From the NCBI GenBank assembly GCA_965219025.1, contig OZ244716.1:221175-285174 (forward strand): a DNA stretch of 64,000 nucleotides. Direction: 5' to 3'. The notes beneath the pieces are model-generated. The model saw only the letters and a list, made by a program, of their open reading frames with translations, made no database searches and was not told the origin of the DNA. How positions within the stretch are numbered: the stretch's first letter is position 1; the number at the start of each line of letters is the position of its first letter. Position numbers and translations under genes: made by a program. The stretch comes from Dehalococcoidia bacterium. GTDB taxonomy: Bacteria > Chloroflexota > Dehalococcoidia > Lucifugimonadales > UBA2985. Below are positions 27,997 through 36,753 of this stretch, in pieces.

Positions 27997-28278
27997 CTAG
28001 CGCGAGCCGCCCGCAACGGCCGGCACTATGCTGACTTCGTCGCCGGCGCTTATGGCGGTCTCCAGGCCCTCCAGGAACCGCACGTCCTCGCCGTTGACGT
28101 AGATGTTTACGAAATGGCGCAGGTCCCCCGCTTCATCGCACAGCCGCTCCTTAAGGCCGGGGTACTGGGCCTCCAGCGATTCTATGATCTGCACCAGGTT
28201 ATCCCCGTCCACGGACGCCTTGTCCTGGCCGTTGGTCACCCTGCGCAGCGGAGTGGGTATTCGAACAACTACGCTCAT
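27997..28278 (-). CDS. CysO/MoaD/ThiS-family sulfur carrier protein, C-terminus ...AVAGG-SR
   Basis: [46 protein letters not shown]...[40 protein letters not shown]. From memory this is nearly collinear with M. tuberculosis CysO (..IPT.LR...GQ...GD.L...I.DLEA.Y.G..ERL...RFVNIYVN.EDVRF..GL.TAI..GD.V.I.PAVAGG). I prefer the ATG at 28278 to the track start at 28311. Confidence 0.85.
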   Translation of the reverse strand: MSVVVRIPTPLRRVTNGQDKASVDGDNLVQIIESLEAQYPGLKERLCDEAGDLRHFVNIYVNGEDVRFLEGLETAISAGDEVSIVPAVAGGSR

Positions 28279-28332
28279 CTGGCAATCCTCCTGGGCCTCT
28301 ATGCCTTTCACTTCAGCGCAATAGGGCCTGTG

Positions 28333-28575
28333 TTAGCTCTCGATCACGTCCCCGCTGACCGGATCGACTCTGACGCCCATCGACATGACCCAGTCCAGCC
28401 CGCTTTCGATTTCCTCGTCCTCACCCTCAAGCTCCAGAATCACCCAGCCCACGTCCTCTCTAACGTCCGCCCTGCGGATGTTAGTGACCACGCGGAACTT
28501 GTGTCCCAGGTCGAAGATCACGGGTTCAGTGACGAGGTCGGTGGGAAAGGTGAACTTGGCCCTTCGCTTAGCCAT
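28333..28575 (-). CDS. stand-alone NIL-domain protein (80 aa)
   Basis: FPTDLVTEPVIFDLGHKFRVVTNIRRADVREDVGWVILELEGEDEEIESGLDWVMSMGVRVDPV matches the NIL domain pattern (the NI(L/R) signature, as in MetN C-terminal domains). Confidence 0.75.
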   Translation of the reverse strand: MAKRRAKFTFPTDLVTEPVIFDLGHKFRVVTNIRRADVREDVGWVILELEGEDEEIESGLDWVMSMGVRVDPVSGDVIES

Positions 28576-28617
28576 TTGCTGCCCCTTCCATTGGTGATCG
28601 GGAATTCCGAGGCCGGC

Positions 28618-29901
28618 TCACGGCCTCACGCTCAGGGCCTCTTCGAACGAGGCGAAGGTGGGCTTGATGAGCACGGGCCTCACTGTGTCCTCCACCACTT
28701 CCTGCGTCTTGTAGCCGTTGCCCGTGATGAAGGCCACGGTGGTCTCCCACGGCTTGATCTGCCCCGAACGGGCCAGCCTCTTCAGCGAGGCTATCACCAC
28801 GCCGCCGGCCGGCTCCGTGAATATGCCCTCCATCTCCGCAAGCTCCTTGATGCCCTCCGCGACCTCCTCTTCCGGCACGGCGCACCCCGAGCCTCCCGTA
28901 GCCTCCAGGACCCTCAGCGCAAAGTAGCCGTCGGCGGGGTTGCCGATGGCCAGCGACTTGGCGATTGTGTTGGGCTTCACCGGCCTGATTGCGAAGTCGC
29001 CTGCCTCGTAGGCCGCCACGATGGGCGCGCATCCCTCCGCCTGGCAGATGAACATCTTGGTGCTGACATCGCCGATCAGCCCTGACGACGAGAACTCGTT
29101 CAGGCCCTTCCATATCTTGGTGAACAGCGAGCCGGACGCGCCCGGCACGATGCAGTTGTCGGGGGCCCGCCAGCCCAGCTGTTCCGCCACTTCGAATCCC
29201 AGGCTCTTGCTGCCCTCGGCGTAGTAGGGCCGCATGTTGATGTTCACAAAGGCCCAGTTGTAGTTGTCCGAAAGCTCGCTGCACAGCCTGTTCACGTCGT
29301 CGTAGCTGCCGTCCACGGCAACGAGCGTTGCGCCGTACACCGCCGCGCCCAGTATCTTCCCTCGTTCGAGGTCTGCGGGAATGAACACGAAGGCTCGCAT
29401 CCCGGCCCGCGCTGCGTGGGCGGCCACGCTGCCCGCAAGGTTGCCCGTGGAAGCGCACGCAAGCGTGTCGAACCCGAACTCTCGCGCCTTGGTGCTGGCC
29501 ACGGCGACCACCCGGTCCTTGAAGGAGAACGAAGGGTTCACCGCGTCGTTCTTGAGGTAGAGCTCATCCAGGCCGAGCGACCTTGCCAGGTTATCCGCCT
29601 TGATGAGCGGCGTGTAGCCGGCGTTGATGTCGATGGCGTTCTCGGCCTCCGCGGGCAGGAAGTCGTGATAGCGCCACATGGAGTGCGGCCCGCTCTCGAT
29701 TCGCTGGCGGGAGATCACACCGGAGATGGCGTCGTAGTCGTAGGTGACCTCCAGCGGCCCGAAGCAGAAGTCGCAGACGTTGAGAGGCTCGGCAGGATAC
29801 TCCCTGCCGCACTCCTTGCAGAACAGGCCTTTCACGTAGCTCACGGAACGGAGTCCTCCCCGGCTGCCCGCCGACCGACAGTTGCAGATGGCCTGCGCCA
29901 C
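28618..29901 (-). CDS. threonine-synthase-family PLP enzyme with N-terminal zinc ribbon (ThrC-like; true substrate uncertain)
   Basis: CKECGREYPAEPLNVCDFCFGPLEV zinc ribbon; NPSFSFKDR PLP-lysine motif; ACASTGNLAGS; GNPADG. A GTG at 29844 preceded by GGGGAGGA (giving VSYVKGLFCKECG) is a plausible alternative start to the ATG at 29901. Confidence 0.9.
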   Translation of the reverse strand: MAQAICNCRSAGSRGGLRSVSYVKGLFCKECGREYPAEPLNVCDFCFGPLEVTYDYDAISGVISRQRIESGPHSMWRYHDFLPAEAENAIDINAGYTPLIKADNLARSLGLDELYLKNDAVNPSFSFKDRVVAVASTKAREFGFDTLACASTGNLAGSVAAHAARAGMRAFVFIPADLERGKILGAAVYGATLVAVDGSYDDVNRLCSELSDNYNWAFVNINMRPYYAEGSKSLGFEVAEQLGWRAPDNCIVPGASGSLFTKIWKGLNEFSSSGLIGDVSTKMFICQAEGCAPIVAAYEAGDFAIRPVKPNTIAKSLAIGNPADGYFALRVLEATGGSGCAVPEEEVAEGIKELAEMEGIFTEPAGGVVIASLKRLARSGQIKPWETTVAFITGNGYKTQEVVEDTVRPVLIKPTFASFEEALSVRP

Positions 29902-29919
29902 TAGCGCAAGCTGCGCTTG

Positions 29920-29948
29920 ATGTTACAAGAGGCAGATATGGGTGTCAA
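29920..29948 (-). promoter_or_regulatory. candidate sigma70 promoter for the ThrC-like operon (TTGACA-17-TAACAT on minus strand)
   Basis: Reverse complement of 29943-29948 is TTGACA, then a 17-nt spacer, and the reverse complement of 29920-29925 is TAACAT. Confidence 0.45.
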
Positions 29949-29954
29949 GGCAAG

Positions 29955-29990
29955 CCATCCTTGCAACACCATCACGCCTCACCTATAATC
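29955..29990 (+). repeat. 36-bp perfect direct repeat, copy 1 (contains TTGCAA-17-TATAAT promoter)
   Basis: ccatccttgcaacaccatcacgcctcacctataatc is identical to 31488-31523. -35 at 29961-29966 and -10 at 29984-29989. About 19 further nt downstream match roughly 14/19. Confidence 0.95.
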
Positions 29991-30091
29991 GGCTATACCC
30001 AAACGCCGGACTGATGGCCGGTACGATAGGGCTGCGTTGCCAAGCCTGGTTGGCTGCGGTGACGAAGGCGGGACAGAGCAAGGCCGTATAG

Positions 30092-30508
30092 ATGGTGACC
30101 GAGTCTGAAGCGAGTCGTGTGCTGGAGGAGCTCAAGGTCATTGGGGCTAACCTCTCTTGGCAGAATGACGGAGAGACTCTTCGTCTCGAGGCAACCGTCC
30201 TTTGCCTGGCATCCCAGGAAGTGCTCAAGCTTCGCGGGTTTGTTGGGCGGACGAACCGGAGCTTTGCATTGCTTTACCGGAATGCACCAATTCGCAAGTA
30301 TACAGTTCACGCATCGCACACAGATCCAGTAACTCGAATACGCATAACAGGGCCACACAAGCATACTTGGGATGATGAGTGGGAAGACAAGAGGGTATAT
30401 GTCCCAAGTGACATCCGAATTGGCGACCCCAATGAAGAGCTACTGGACTTCTTGAAGGAGTGCAACATCGAGTTATGGGGTGCGTATACGCAGGTGCTCT
30501 TCCCTTAG
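30092..30508 (+). CDS. hypothetical 138-aa protein with GPHKHTW motif
   Basis: ATG ORF and first gene of the cassette. C-terminal half reads HASHTDPVTRIRITGPHKHTWDDEWEDKRVYVPSDIRIGDPNEELLDFLKECNI. I cannot name a family. Confidence 0.6.
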   Translation: MVTESEASRVLEELKVIGANLSWQNDGETLRLEATVLCLASQEVLKLRGFVGRTNRSFALLYRNAPIRKYTVHASHTDPVTRIRITGPHKHTWDDEWEDKRVYVPSDIRIGDPNEELLDFLKECNIELWGAYTQVLFP

Positions 30509-30535
30509 CCGACAGATCATTGAGAAGGTGTCGAC

Positions 30536-31318
30536 GTGGCATTCGGAAGCTGTGCAGATGCAATTGAAAGCTATCTGGCCCATCTGAGGGGAGAATTCAC
30601 TGCCTCCCAATTTCAGGGCGGGTGCCTGCTGTCTACGCCCTTCGTTCGGCCTGATGGCGAGGGCATCGAACTGGAAGTTCAGATTGTGCAATCTGGACGC
30701 ATTCAAATCAACGATCTCGGGAACACGCTAGGCTACCTCTACATTAATGGGATCACGTTGAGCGGACCGCTGATGGCAAACGCCCGCCTGATTTCCAAAG
30801 CTCATGGTGTTTCAATCCTAAGAAACCGGCTGAGCATTGAGGTTGACGCTGATTTTCTTGGAATGGCAATACAAGGGCTTATACAGGCGTCACTTGGAGT
30901 AGTCGATCTGATCCACAAACGCCGGCCGACCTCTAGAGTGAACTTCGACGACGAGGTTGAGTCCGTCATAATCCGAAGTGGCGTTGCCTATGACGTCGGC
31001 TATGCTGTGCCCGGCAAGCGCGAACAGCATACAGTTCGATTCCACGTCAACTCCGGGCGCAATCTCTTGTTTCACCCGCTGTCTCCCGCGAGTGCATCGG
31101 CCGCTCGCAGTTGGGCTGAACGTCTCGCCTACAGGTTCACCGATATCCTAAACGGAGACGACCGCTGGCATCCGTATGCGATTCTTGATGACCGCGGCGC
31201 TAGGGAAGGGGTGTGGAGCTCCCATGCTCTCGTGCCATTGGCGGAATACGCCATCATGTGGTCGCAACGAGACAGCCTCGTTTCCGCCTTGGAGTGGAGC
31301 GGTAGCCCTCCATACTAG
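30536..31318 (+). CDS. DUF1828/DUF1829-like hypothetical protein (260 aa)
   Basis: GTG start 27 nt after the previous stop. The N-terminal pattern CLLSTPFVRPDGEGIELEVQIVQSGRIQINDLGNTLGYL resembles DUF1828 as I recall it (..TPF.d...d.i.iyv......i.lsDdG.T...L). The length fits a DUF1828+DUF1829 two-domain protein. Confidence 0.6.
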   Translation: MAFGSCADAIESYLAHLRGEFTASQFQGGCLLSTPFVRPDGEGIELEVQIVQSGRIQINDLGNTLGYLYINGITLSGPLMANARLISKAHGVSILRNRLSIEVDADFLGMAIQGLIQASLGVVDLIHKRRPTSRVNFDDEVESVIIRSGVAYDVGYAVPGKREQHTVRFHVNSGRNLLFHPLSPASASAARSWAERLAYRFTDILNGDDRWHPYAILDDRGAREGVWSSHALVPLAEYAIMWSQRDSLVSALEWSGSPPY

Positions 31319-31487
31319 AAGCCGCCACGTCGGAGACCGTCTGAAACTCACGTCCCTCGTCTTGCGCTCTCGTCGAAGTTTGCAAGGGCTAATATTTTGC
31401 GCCCGGACAAGGCCATCAAGGCGCGTGGGAGCTTCGCAGGTCGCTCCGGAAACTTCAGCGGATCCCCGCTGGAATTCCGCCTCCACC

Positions 31488-31523
31488 CCATCCTTGCAAC
31501 ACCATCACGCCTCACCTATAATC
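31488..31523 (+). repeat. 36-bp perfect direct repeat, copy 2 (aspS promoter TTGCAA-17-TATAAT)
   Basis: Identical to 29955-29990. -35 at 31494-31499 and -10 at 31517-31522. The aspS start is 35 nt downstream. Confidence 0.95.
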
Positions 31524-31557
31524 CGCTGGACTCACACGCCGGTTCGAGAGGTATGCC

Positions 31558-33357
31558 TTGCTGAAATCCGTTAGCTGCGGCGCGCTTCGCATCGAGGACG
31601 AGGGCCGTGAGGTCACGCTCGCGGGCTGGGTCCACCGCCGGCGCGACCACGGCGGTCTCGTGTTCATCGACCTGCGGGACTGGCGAGGCATCGTGCAGGT
31701 GGTGTTCAACCCGCAGGTAGCGCCGGACGCCCATGAAGCTGCCCAGAGCCTCCGCAGCGAGTGGGTGCTTCGCGTGCGCGGCGTCGTCGGCCAGAGGCCG
31801 CCCGGCACAGCAAACCCCAACATCCCAACAGGAGACGTGGAGGTCGTCGCAGCGACCCTGGAGGTCCTCAACCCGTCAATTACGCCTCCGTTCAGCCTCG
31901 AAGATGAGGCCGCAGAGGCCGACGAACTGGTCAGGCTCAGGTATCGCTACCTCGACCTGCGGCGGGCAGCCATCCGCGACAACCTGTTCCTGCGTCACCG
32001 GGTGGTCAAGTACATACGCGACTTCCTCTCAGAGCTGGAGTTCATCGAGGTGGAGACGCCAATCCTCACCAAGAGTACGCCGGAGGGCGCGCGGGACTAC
32101 CTGGTGCCCAGCCGGATTCATCCTGGCCAGTTCTACGCCCTGCCCCAGTCGCCGCAGCAGATGAAGCAGCTGCTGGTCATGGGCGGCGTGGAGCGTTACT
32201 TCCAGATCGCTCGCTGCTTCCGCGACGAGGACCTGCGGGCCGACCGCCAGCCGGAGTTCACGCAGCTGGACCTGGAGATGGGCTTCGTCGATGAGAGCGA
32301 CGTGCTAGAGCTTATGGAGCAGCTGTTCACGGGCCTTGCGGAGACGATTGTGCCCCACAAGCGCCTGCTCAAGCCCTTCCCAAGGCTCGCCTACGCCGAC
32401 GCGATGGACCGCTATGGCTCCGACAAGCCCGATCTGCGATTTGGACTGGAGCTTTCCGTCCTGTCGGACATAGCCGCAGAGTCGAATTTCCAGGTGTTCA
32501 AGAATGCGGTCGAGTCGGGCGGCGTCGCCAAAGGACTGGCCGCTCCCGGATGCGCATCGCTCCCTCGCCGCCAGGTGGACGCGCTGACCGACATGGCGCG
32601 CGAGCGCGGCGCGTCCGGTCTCGTGACCATCGCCCTCGACGGCGACCCTGACCACTCCCTGGACGACCTGACGGAGGACGAGTTTCGCTCGCCCGCGGCC
32701 CGCTACCTGACCACGGACGAGGTCAAGCGACTGGCTGCCCGCATGAACGCCTCCCGCGGCGACCTGCTGCTGATTGTGGCGGGCCCGCGCGAGAGCGTCG
32801 ACAATGCGCTCGGCGGCCTGCGGGTCGAGATGGGACGGCGGCTGGAGCTTGCGGACCCGGACCTGCTTGCATTCGGTTTCATCGTCGACTTCCCGCTGCT
32901 GGAGTGGAGGCCTGACGAGAACAGGTGGGACTCTCCCCACAACCCGTTCTCATCGCCCAAGGACGACCACCTGCCGCGGATGGATTCCGATCCCGGCTCG
33001 GTGCTGGCCAAGCAGTACGACCTTGTGTGCAACGGCATGGAGCTTGCCGGCGGCAGCGTGCGCAACCATCGCCGTGAGATCCAGGAGCGCGTGTTCGAGC
33101 TGTTGGGCCACAGCCGCGAGGCGATGCAGGAGCAGTTCGGTCAGATACTGGACGCGCTGGAGTACGGCGCTCCGCCCCACGGCGGCTTCGCCAGCGGAAT
33201 CGACCGCGTGGTCATGCTCGTTGGCGGCGTCGACAGCATCCGCGAGGTGATGGCCTTCCCCAAGACGCAGAGCGCCGTGGACCCGCTGTTCGGCGCACCG
33301 TCCCCCGTTTCGGAGCAGCAGCTGCGTGACCTCCACATACGCGTGGTTGGCGAGTAG
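31558..33357 (+). CDS. aspS: aspartate--tRNA ligase
   Basis: TTG start. VTLAGWVHRRRDHGGLVFIDLRD (OB anticodon-binding domain), FYALPQSPQQMKQLL, FQIARCFRDEDLRADRQPEFTQLD (motif 2), GGFASGIDRVVM (motif 3). Confidence 0.97.
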   Translation: MLKSVSCGALRIEDEGREVTLAGWVHRRRDHGGLVFIDLRDWRGIVQVVFNPQVAPDAHEAAQSLRSEWVLRVRGVVGQRPPGTANPNIPTGDVEVVAATLEVLNPSITPPFSLEDEAAEADELVRLRYRYLDLRRAAIRDNLFLRHRVVKYIRDFLSELEFIEVETPILTKSTPEGARDYLVPSRIHPGQFYALPQSPQQMKQLLVMGGVERYFQIARCFRDEDLRADRQPEFTQLDLEMGFVDESDVLELMEQLFTGLAETIVPHKRLLKPFPRLAYADAMDRYGSDKPDLRFGLELSVLSDIAAESNFQVFKNAVESGGVAKGLAAPGCASLPRRQVDALTDMARERGASGLVTIALDGDPDHSLDDLTEDEFRSPAARYLTTDEVKRLAARMNASRGDLLLIVAGPRESVDNALGGLRVEMGRRLELADPDLLAFGFIVDFPLLEWRPDENRWDSPHNPFSSPKDDHLPRMDSDPGSVLAKQYDLVCNGMELAGGSVRNHRREIQERVFELLGHSREAMQEQFGQILDALEYGAPPHGGFASGIDRVVMLVGGVDSIREVMAFPKTQSAVDPLFGAPSPVSEQQLRDLHIRVVGE

Positions 33358-33438
33358 CGGCGGCGTGCAGTTCACCGCTTCACAATCCGGCAACTGTGCG
33401 CTTATAATTGAAGGCACAGTCCCTATCAGGAGTCGTCC

Positions 33439-34794
33439 GTGAAAGTATCCCTGCTTGAAGAGGCCCAGAGCCAGGTTGTGCTTAGCATTGAGGTTGAGCC
33501 GCCCGAGCTGGATGAGCATCTCGACAGGGTCTACCGCCGGGCGGTGCAGCGCGTGAACATTCCCGGCTTTCGGAGAGGCAAGGCGCCGCGTTCCGTCGTG
33601 GAGCGAGAGCTTGGCCGGGACGCAATGGTGGAAGACGCGCTGGACACACTCCTGCCGCAGATCACGTCAATGGCAATCCAGGAACGGGAGTTGGACGTGA
33701 TCTCACTGCCCAAGGTGCGAGTCACCGAGTACGACCCTCTCATGGTCGAGGTCACGGTTCCCGTCAGGCCCGCCATCGACCTTGGCGACTACTACAGCTA
33801 CCGCGTCGAGCAGGAGAGCGTGGAAGTCGCGCCGGAGGCCGTGGACGAGCTGATTGACTCCATGCGAGAGGACGCCGGAACGTGGGAGCCCGTGGAGCGC
33901 TCCGTGGCCCTGGACGACCTCGTCACTCTCGAGGTACGCGGCCTGGTGGAGGAAGAGGTGGTCATCGAAGAAGAGCGAGTGGACTATCGCGTTTCGGCGG
34001 ACTCCACGGTACCTATGCCCGGCTTTGCCGACCGGCTCGTCGGCCTCAACCGGGACGAAGAGCAGCAGTTCTCGCTGCCCTTCCCTGACGACCACCCGCA
34101 GGAAAGCTGGGCGGGCAAGGAGTGCGCCTTCACGCTCACTGTGCACGAGGTAAAGGAGCGCAAGCTGCCGGACCTGGACGACGAATTCGCCAAGAGCCTC
34201 AATGCAGAAGTGGACTCCGTGCCGGCGTTGCGCGACAAGTTCCAGGAAGACCTGCTCAGGCGCAACCGGCTCATCGCTGACCAGACCTACCAGGAGAATG
34301 CTGTCCAGGCGCTGGTGGAAGGTTCAAAGATAGAGGTCCCGCCTCTACTTATCGACCACGAGATCGAGCACATAATCTCCGAGCAGCAGGAGGCCCTCCA
34401 GCGCCAGCAGGTGAGGATGGAGGACTACCTGAGCACCATCGGCAAGAGCGTGGAGCAGATACAGGAGGAGCTTCGGCCGTCGGCGGCCGATCGCATCACG
34501 CGCACGCTTATCCTCGGCGCACTCCGCGAGAAGGAGGGCATCGAGGTGACGCCCGAGGAGATAGACGAGGAGATTGAGTCTATGCTCGGGGAGTCGGAGG
34601 CCGCGACCGATTCCATGAGGCAGATGCTGGAGGGATCGCGAAACTCCATCGGCACCATGCTTCTCAATCGCAAGACCCTGGAGCGGCTCACAGCCATCAC
34701 CAAGGGCGAGGCCACCGAGCCCCTGCCGGCCGCGGCGAGCCCGACCGGCGAAACATCCGAAGAAGAAGAAAGCGAACCCGAAGAAGGAGCCTGA
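33439..34794 (+). CDS. tig: trigger factor
   Basis: [16 protein letters not shown] ribosome-binding signature; PPIase-like middle domain; acidic C-terminus. Conserved tig-clpP-clpX order. Confidence 0.93.
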   Translation: MKVSLLEEAQSQVVLSIEVEPPELDEHLDRVYRRAVQRVNIPGFRRGKAPRSVVERELGRDAMVEDALDTLLPQITSMAIQERELDVISLPKVRVTEYDPLMVEVTVPVRPAIDLGDYYSYRVEQESVEVAPEAVDELIDSMREDAGTWEPVERSVALDDLVTLEVRGLVEEEVVIEEERVDYRVSADSTVPMPGFADRLVGLNRDEEQQFSLPFPDDHPQESWAGKECAFTLTVHEVKERKLPDLDDEFAKSLNAEVDSVPALRDKFQEDLLRRNRLIADQTYQENAVQALVEGSKIEVPPLLIDHEIEHIISEQQEALQRQQVRMEDYLSTIGKSVEQIQEELRPSAADRITRTLILGALREKEGIEVTPEEIDEEIESMLGESEAATDSMRQMLEGSRNSIGTMLLNRKTLERLTAITKGEATEPLPAAASPTGETSEEEESEPEEGA

Positions 34795-34795
34795 C

Positions 34796-35413
34796 ATGCT
34801 TTACCCACCGCGTGACATTGTGCCCATGGTCATCGAAACCGGCGCCCGAGGCGAGCGCGCCTTCGACATCTACTCCCTGCTGCTCCGGGAGCGCATCATC
34901 TTCCTGGGCACGCCAATTCACGACCAATTGGCCAACGTCATCGTTGCGCAGCTGCTGTTCCTGGAGCGGGAGGACCCGGACAAGGACATAAGCCTGTACA
35001 TCAACTCGCCCGGCGGCGTCATAAGCTCTGGTCTAGCCATCTACGACACCATACAGCTGGTGAAGCCGGACGTGTCCACCATCTGCGTGGGCCTCGCGGC
35101 CAGCATGGGCACAGTGCTCCTCTGCGCCGGCGCCAAGGGAAAGCGGTATGCCCTGCCCAACTCCACCATCCACATGCACCAGCCGATGGGCGGCGCTCAG
35201 GGTCAGGCATCGGACATCGAGATCGCCGCACGGGAGATTCTGCGAATGCAGGACAAGATTCGCACGATCATCTCCGACCACACCGGGCAGTCCTACGAAA
35301 GGGTCGCCGGAGACACCGACCGGGACTACTACCTCAATGCTGAGCAGGCCATGGATTACGGCCTGGTAGACGAAGTGCTGGCCAAGGCGCAAGTAGAGAG
35401 CGCCGCCACCTAG
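34796..35413 (+). CDS. clpP: ATP-dependent Clp protease proteolytic subunit
   Basis: [30 protein letters not shown]...GLAASMG (active-site Ser)...IHMHQP. Confidence 0.97.
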   Translation: MLYPPRDIVPMVIETGARGERAFDIYSLLLRERIIFLGTPIHDQLANVIVAQLLFLEREDPDKDISLYINSPGGVISSGLAIYDTIQLVKPDVSTICVGLAASMGTVLLCAGAKGKRYALPNSTIHMHQPMGGAQGQASDIEIAAREILRMQDKIRTIISDHTGQSYERVAGDTDRDYYLNAEQAMDYGLVDEVLAKAQVESAAT

Positions 35414-35443
35414 AGCGGAAGCTACCTTCGTCCGGAGGGCGTC

Positions 35444-36742
35444 ATGCCAGACCCAATCGATACCCACTCCACCATATCCTGCTCCTTCTGCGGGAAGAGC
35501 CAGAGCCAGGTCAGGCGGCTCATCAGGGGCCCCGGTCGCACCTTCATCTGCGACAAGTGCATCGCCCTGTGGCAGCACACCATCGCCAGCGAGGCGCCTC
35601 CACCCGCTCCGCCCGCCGCGCCCGCGCCCATCAAGCGTCCCCAGAGCCTGAACCCCAGAACGCTCTCGCAGAAGCTCGACGAGTACGTGATCGGCCAGGA
35701 GCGCGCCAAGAAGGTACTGTCCGTGGCGGTCTACAACCACTACAAGCGCATCTGGTCAGAGGCCGAAACGGACGAGGACGTGGAGCTGGAGAAGACCAAC
35801 ATCCTGCTGGCCGGGCCCACGGGCTGCGGCAAGACCCTTCTGGCCCAGACCCTTGCGCGCGTGCTGGACGTTCCGTTCTGCATCGCAGACGCCACATCGC
35901 TCACCGAGGCCGGATACGTGGGCGAGGACGTGGAGAACATCCTGCTGCGTCTGATCCAGGCCGCCGACTTCGACATCCCCCGGGCCGAGCACGGAATCGT
36001 TTACATCGACGAAGTGGACAAGCTCGGTCGCAAGAGCGCCAATCCCTCCATCACTCGTGACGTCTCCGGCGAGGGCGTGCAGCAGGCCCTTCTCAAGATA
36101 ATCGAGGGGTGCACGGCAAACGTACCTCCGCAGGGGGGGCGAAAGCACCCGCACCAGGAGCTCATCCAGATCCGCACCGACGACATCCTCTTCATCTGCG
36201 GCGGCGCCTTCGAGGGGCTGGACCAGATCGTGGCCGGACGGAGGTCACGCGAGCGCCAGGGCATCGGATTCCGCTCCAGCGCCGCCTCCGAGAGGGACGC
36301 CACCCACGACAACGAGCTGCAACACCTCATACCAGAGGACCTGCTGGCGTACGGGTTCATACCGGAGTTCGTTGGGCGGTTGCCCCTGGTGGTAAGCCTG
36401 GAATCGCTGGACAAGGCCTCGCTCGTTCGGATCCTCACGGAGCCGAAGAACGCGATCGTAAAGCAGTACCAGCGGCTTTTCGAGCTGGACAACGTGGAGC
36501 TAGTCTTCACTGACACGGCGCTGGAGGCCGCCTCGGAGGACGCGATTCAGATGAAGACGGGCGCCCGCGGGCTGCGCTCGATCATCGAGCAGGCGCTGCT
36601 GGACGTGATGTACGAGCTGCCGTCCATGACGGGCGTGAGCCACTGCACCATCGACGCCGACACGATCCGAGAAGGCAAGCCCCCGCTACTGCAGTCCGAA
36701 ACCGGCGCGCCGGTGACCGCCCCCACCCAGAAGACGGCGTAG
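35444..36742 (+). CDS. clpX: ATP-dependent Clp protease ATP-binding subunit ClpX
   Basis: [15 protein letters not shown]...CDKC zinc finger; [15 protein letters not shown] Walker A; IVYIDEVDK Walker B. Confidence 0.97.
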   Translation: MPDPIDTHSTISCSFCGKSQSQVRRLIRGPGRTFICDKCIALWQHTIASEAPPPAPPAAPAPIKRPQSLNPRTLSQKLDEYVIGQERAKKVLSVAVYNHYKRIWSEAETDEDVELEKTNILLAGPTGCGKTLLAQTLARVLDVPFCIADATSLTEAGYVGEDVENILLRLIQAADFDIPRAEHGIVYIDEVDKLGRKSANPSITRDVSGEGVQQALLKIIEGCTANVPPQGGRKHPHQELIQIRTDDILFICGGAFEGLDQIVAGRRSRERQGIGFRSSAASERDATHDNELQHLIPEDLLAYGFIPEFVGRLPLVVSLESLDKASLVRILTEPKNAIVKQYQRLFELDNVELVFTDTALEAASEDAIQMKTGARGLRSIIEQALLDVMYELPSMTGVSHCTIDADTIREGKPPLLQSETGAPVTAPTQKTA

Positions 36743-36753
36743 ACGCCCGCTCC

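Larger units (their letters stand above)
29991..31487 (+). mobile_element. putative integrated two-gene cassette (no recombinase inside)
   Basis: Bracketed by the 36-bp direct repeat. Visibly lower GC than both flanks. Interrupts an otherwise back-to-back arrangement of the ThrC-like operon and aspS. Confidence 0.45.

Noticed and set aside
29845-29919. SAM riboswitch in the leader of the ThrC-like operon
   Set aside because: The leader from the predicted -10 to the likely GTG start is only about 70 nt. I could not find SAM-I, SAM-II or SAM-IV-like conserved elements. An Infernal scan would be needed.
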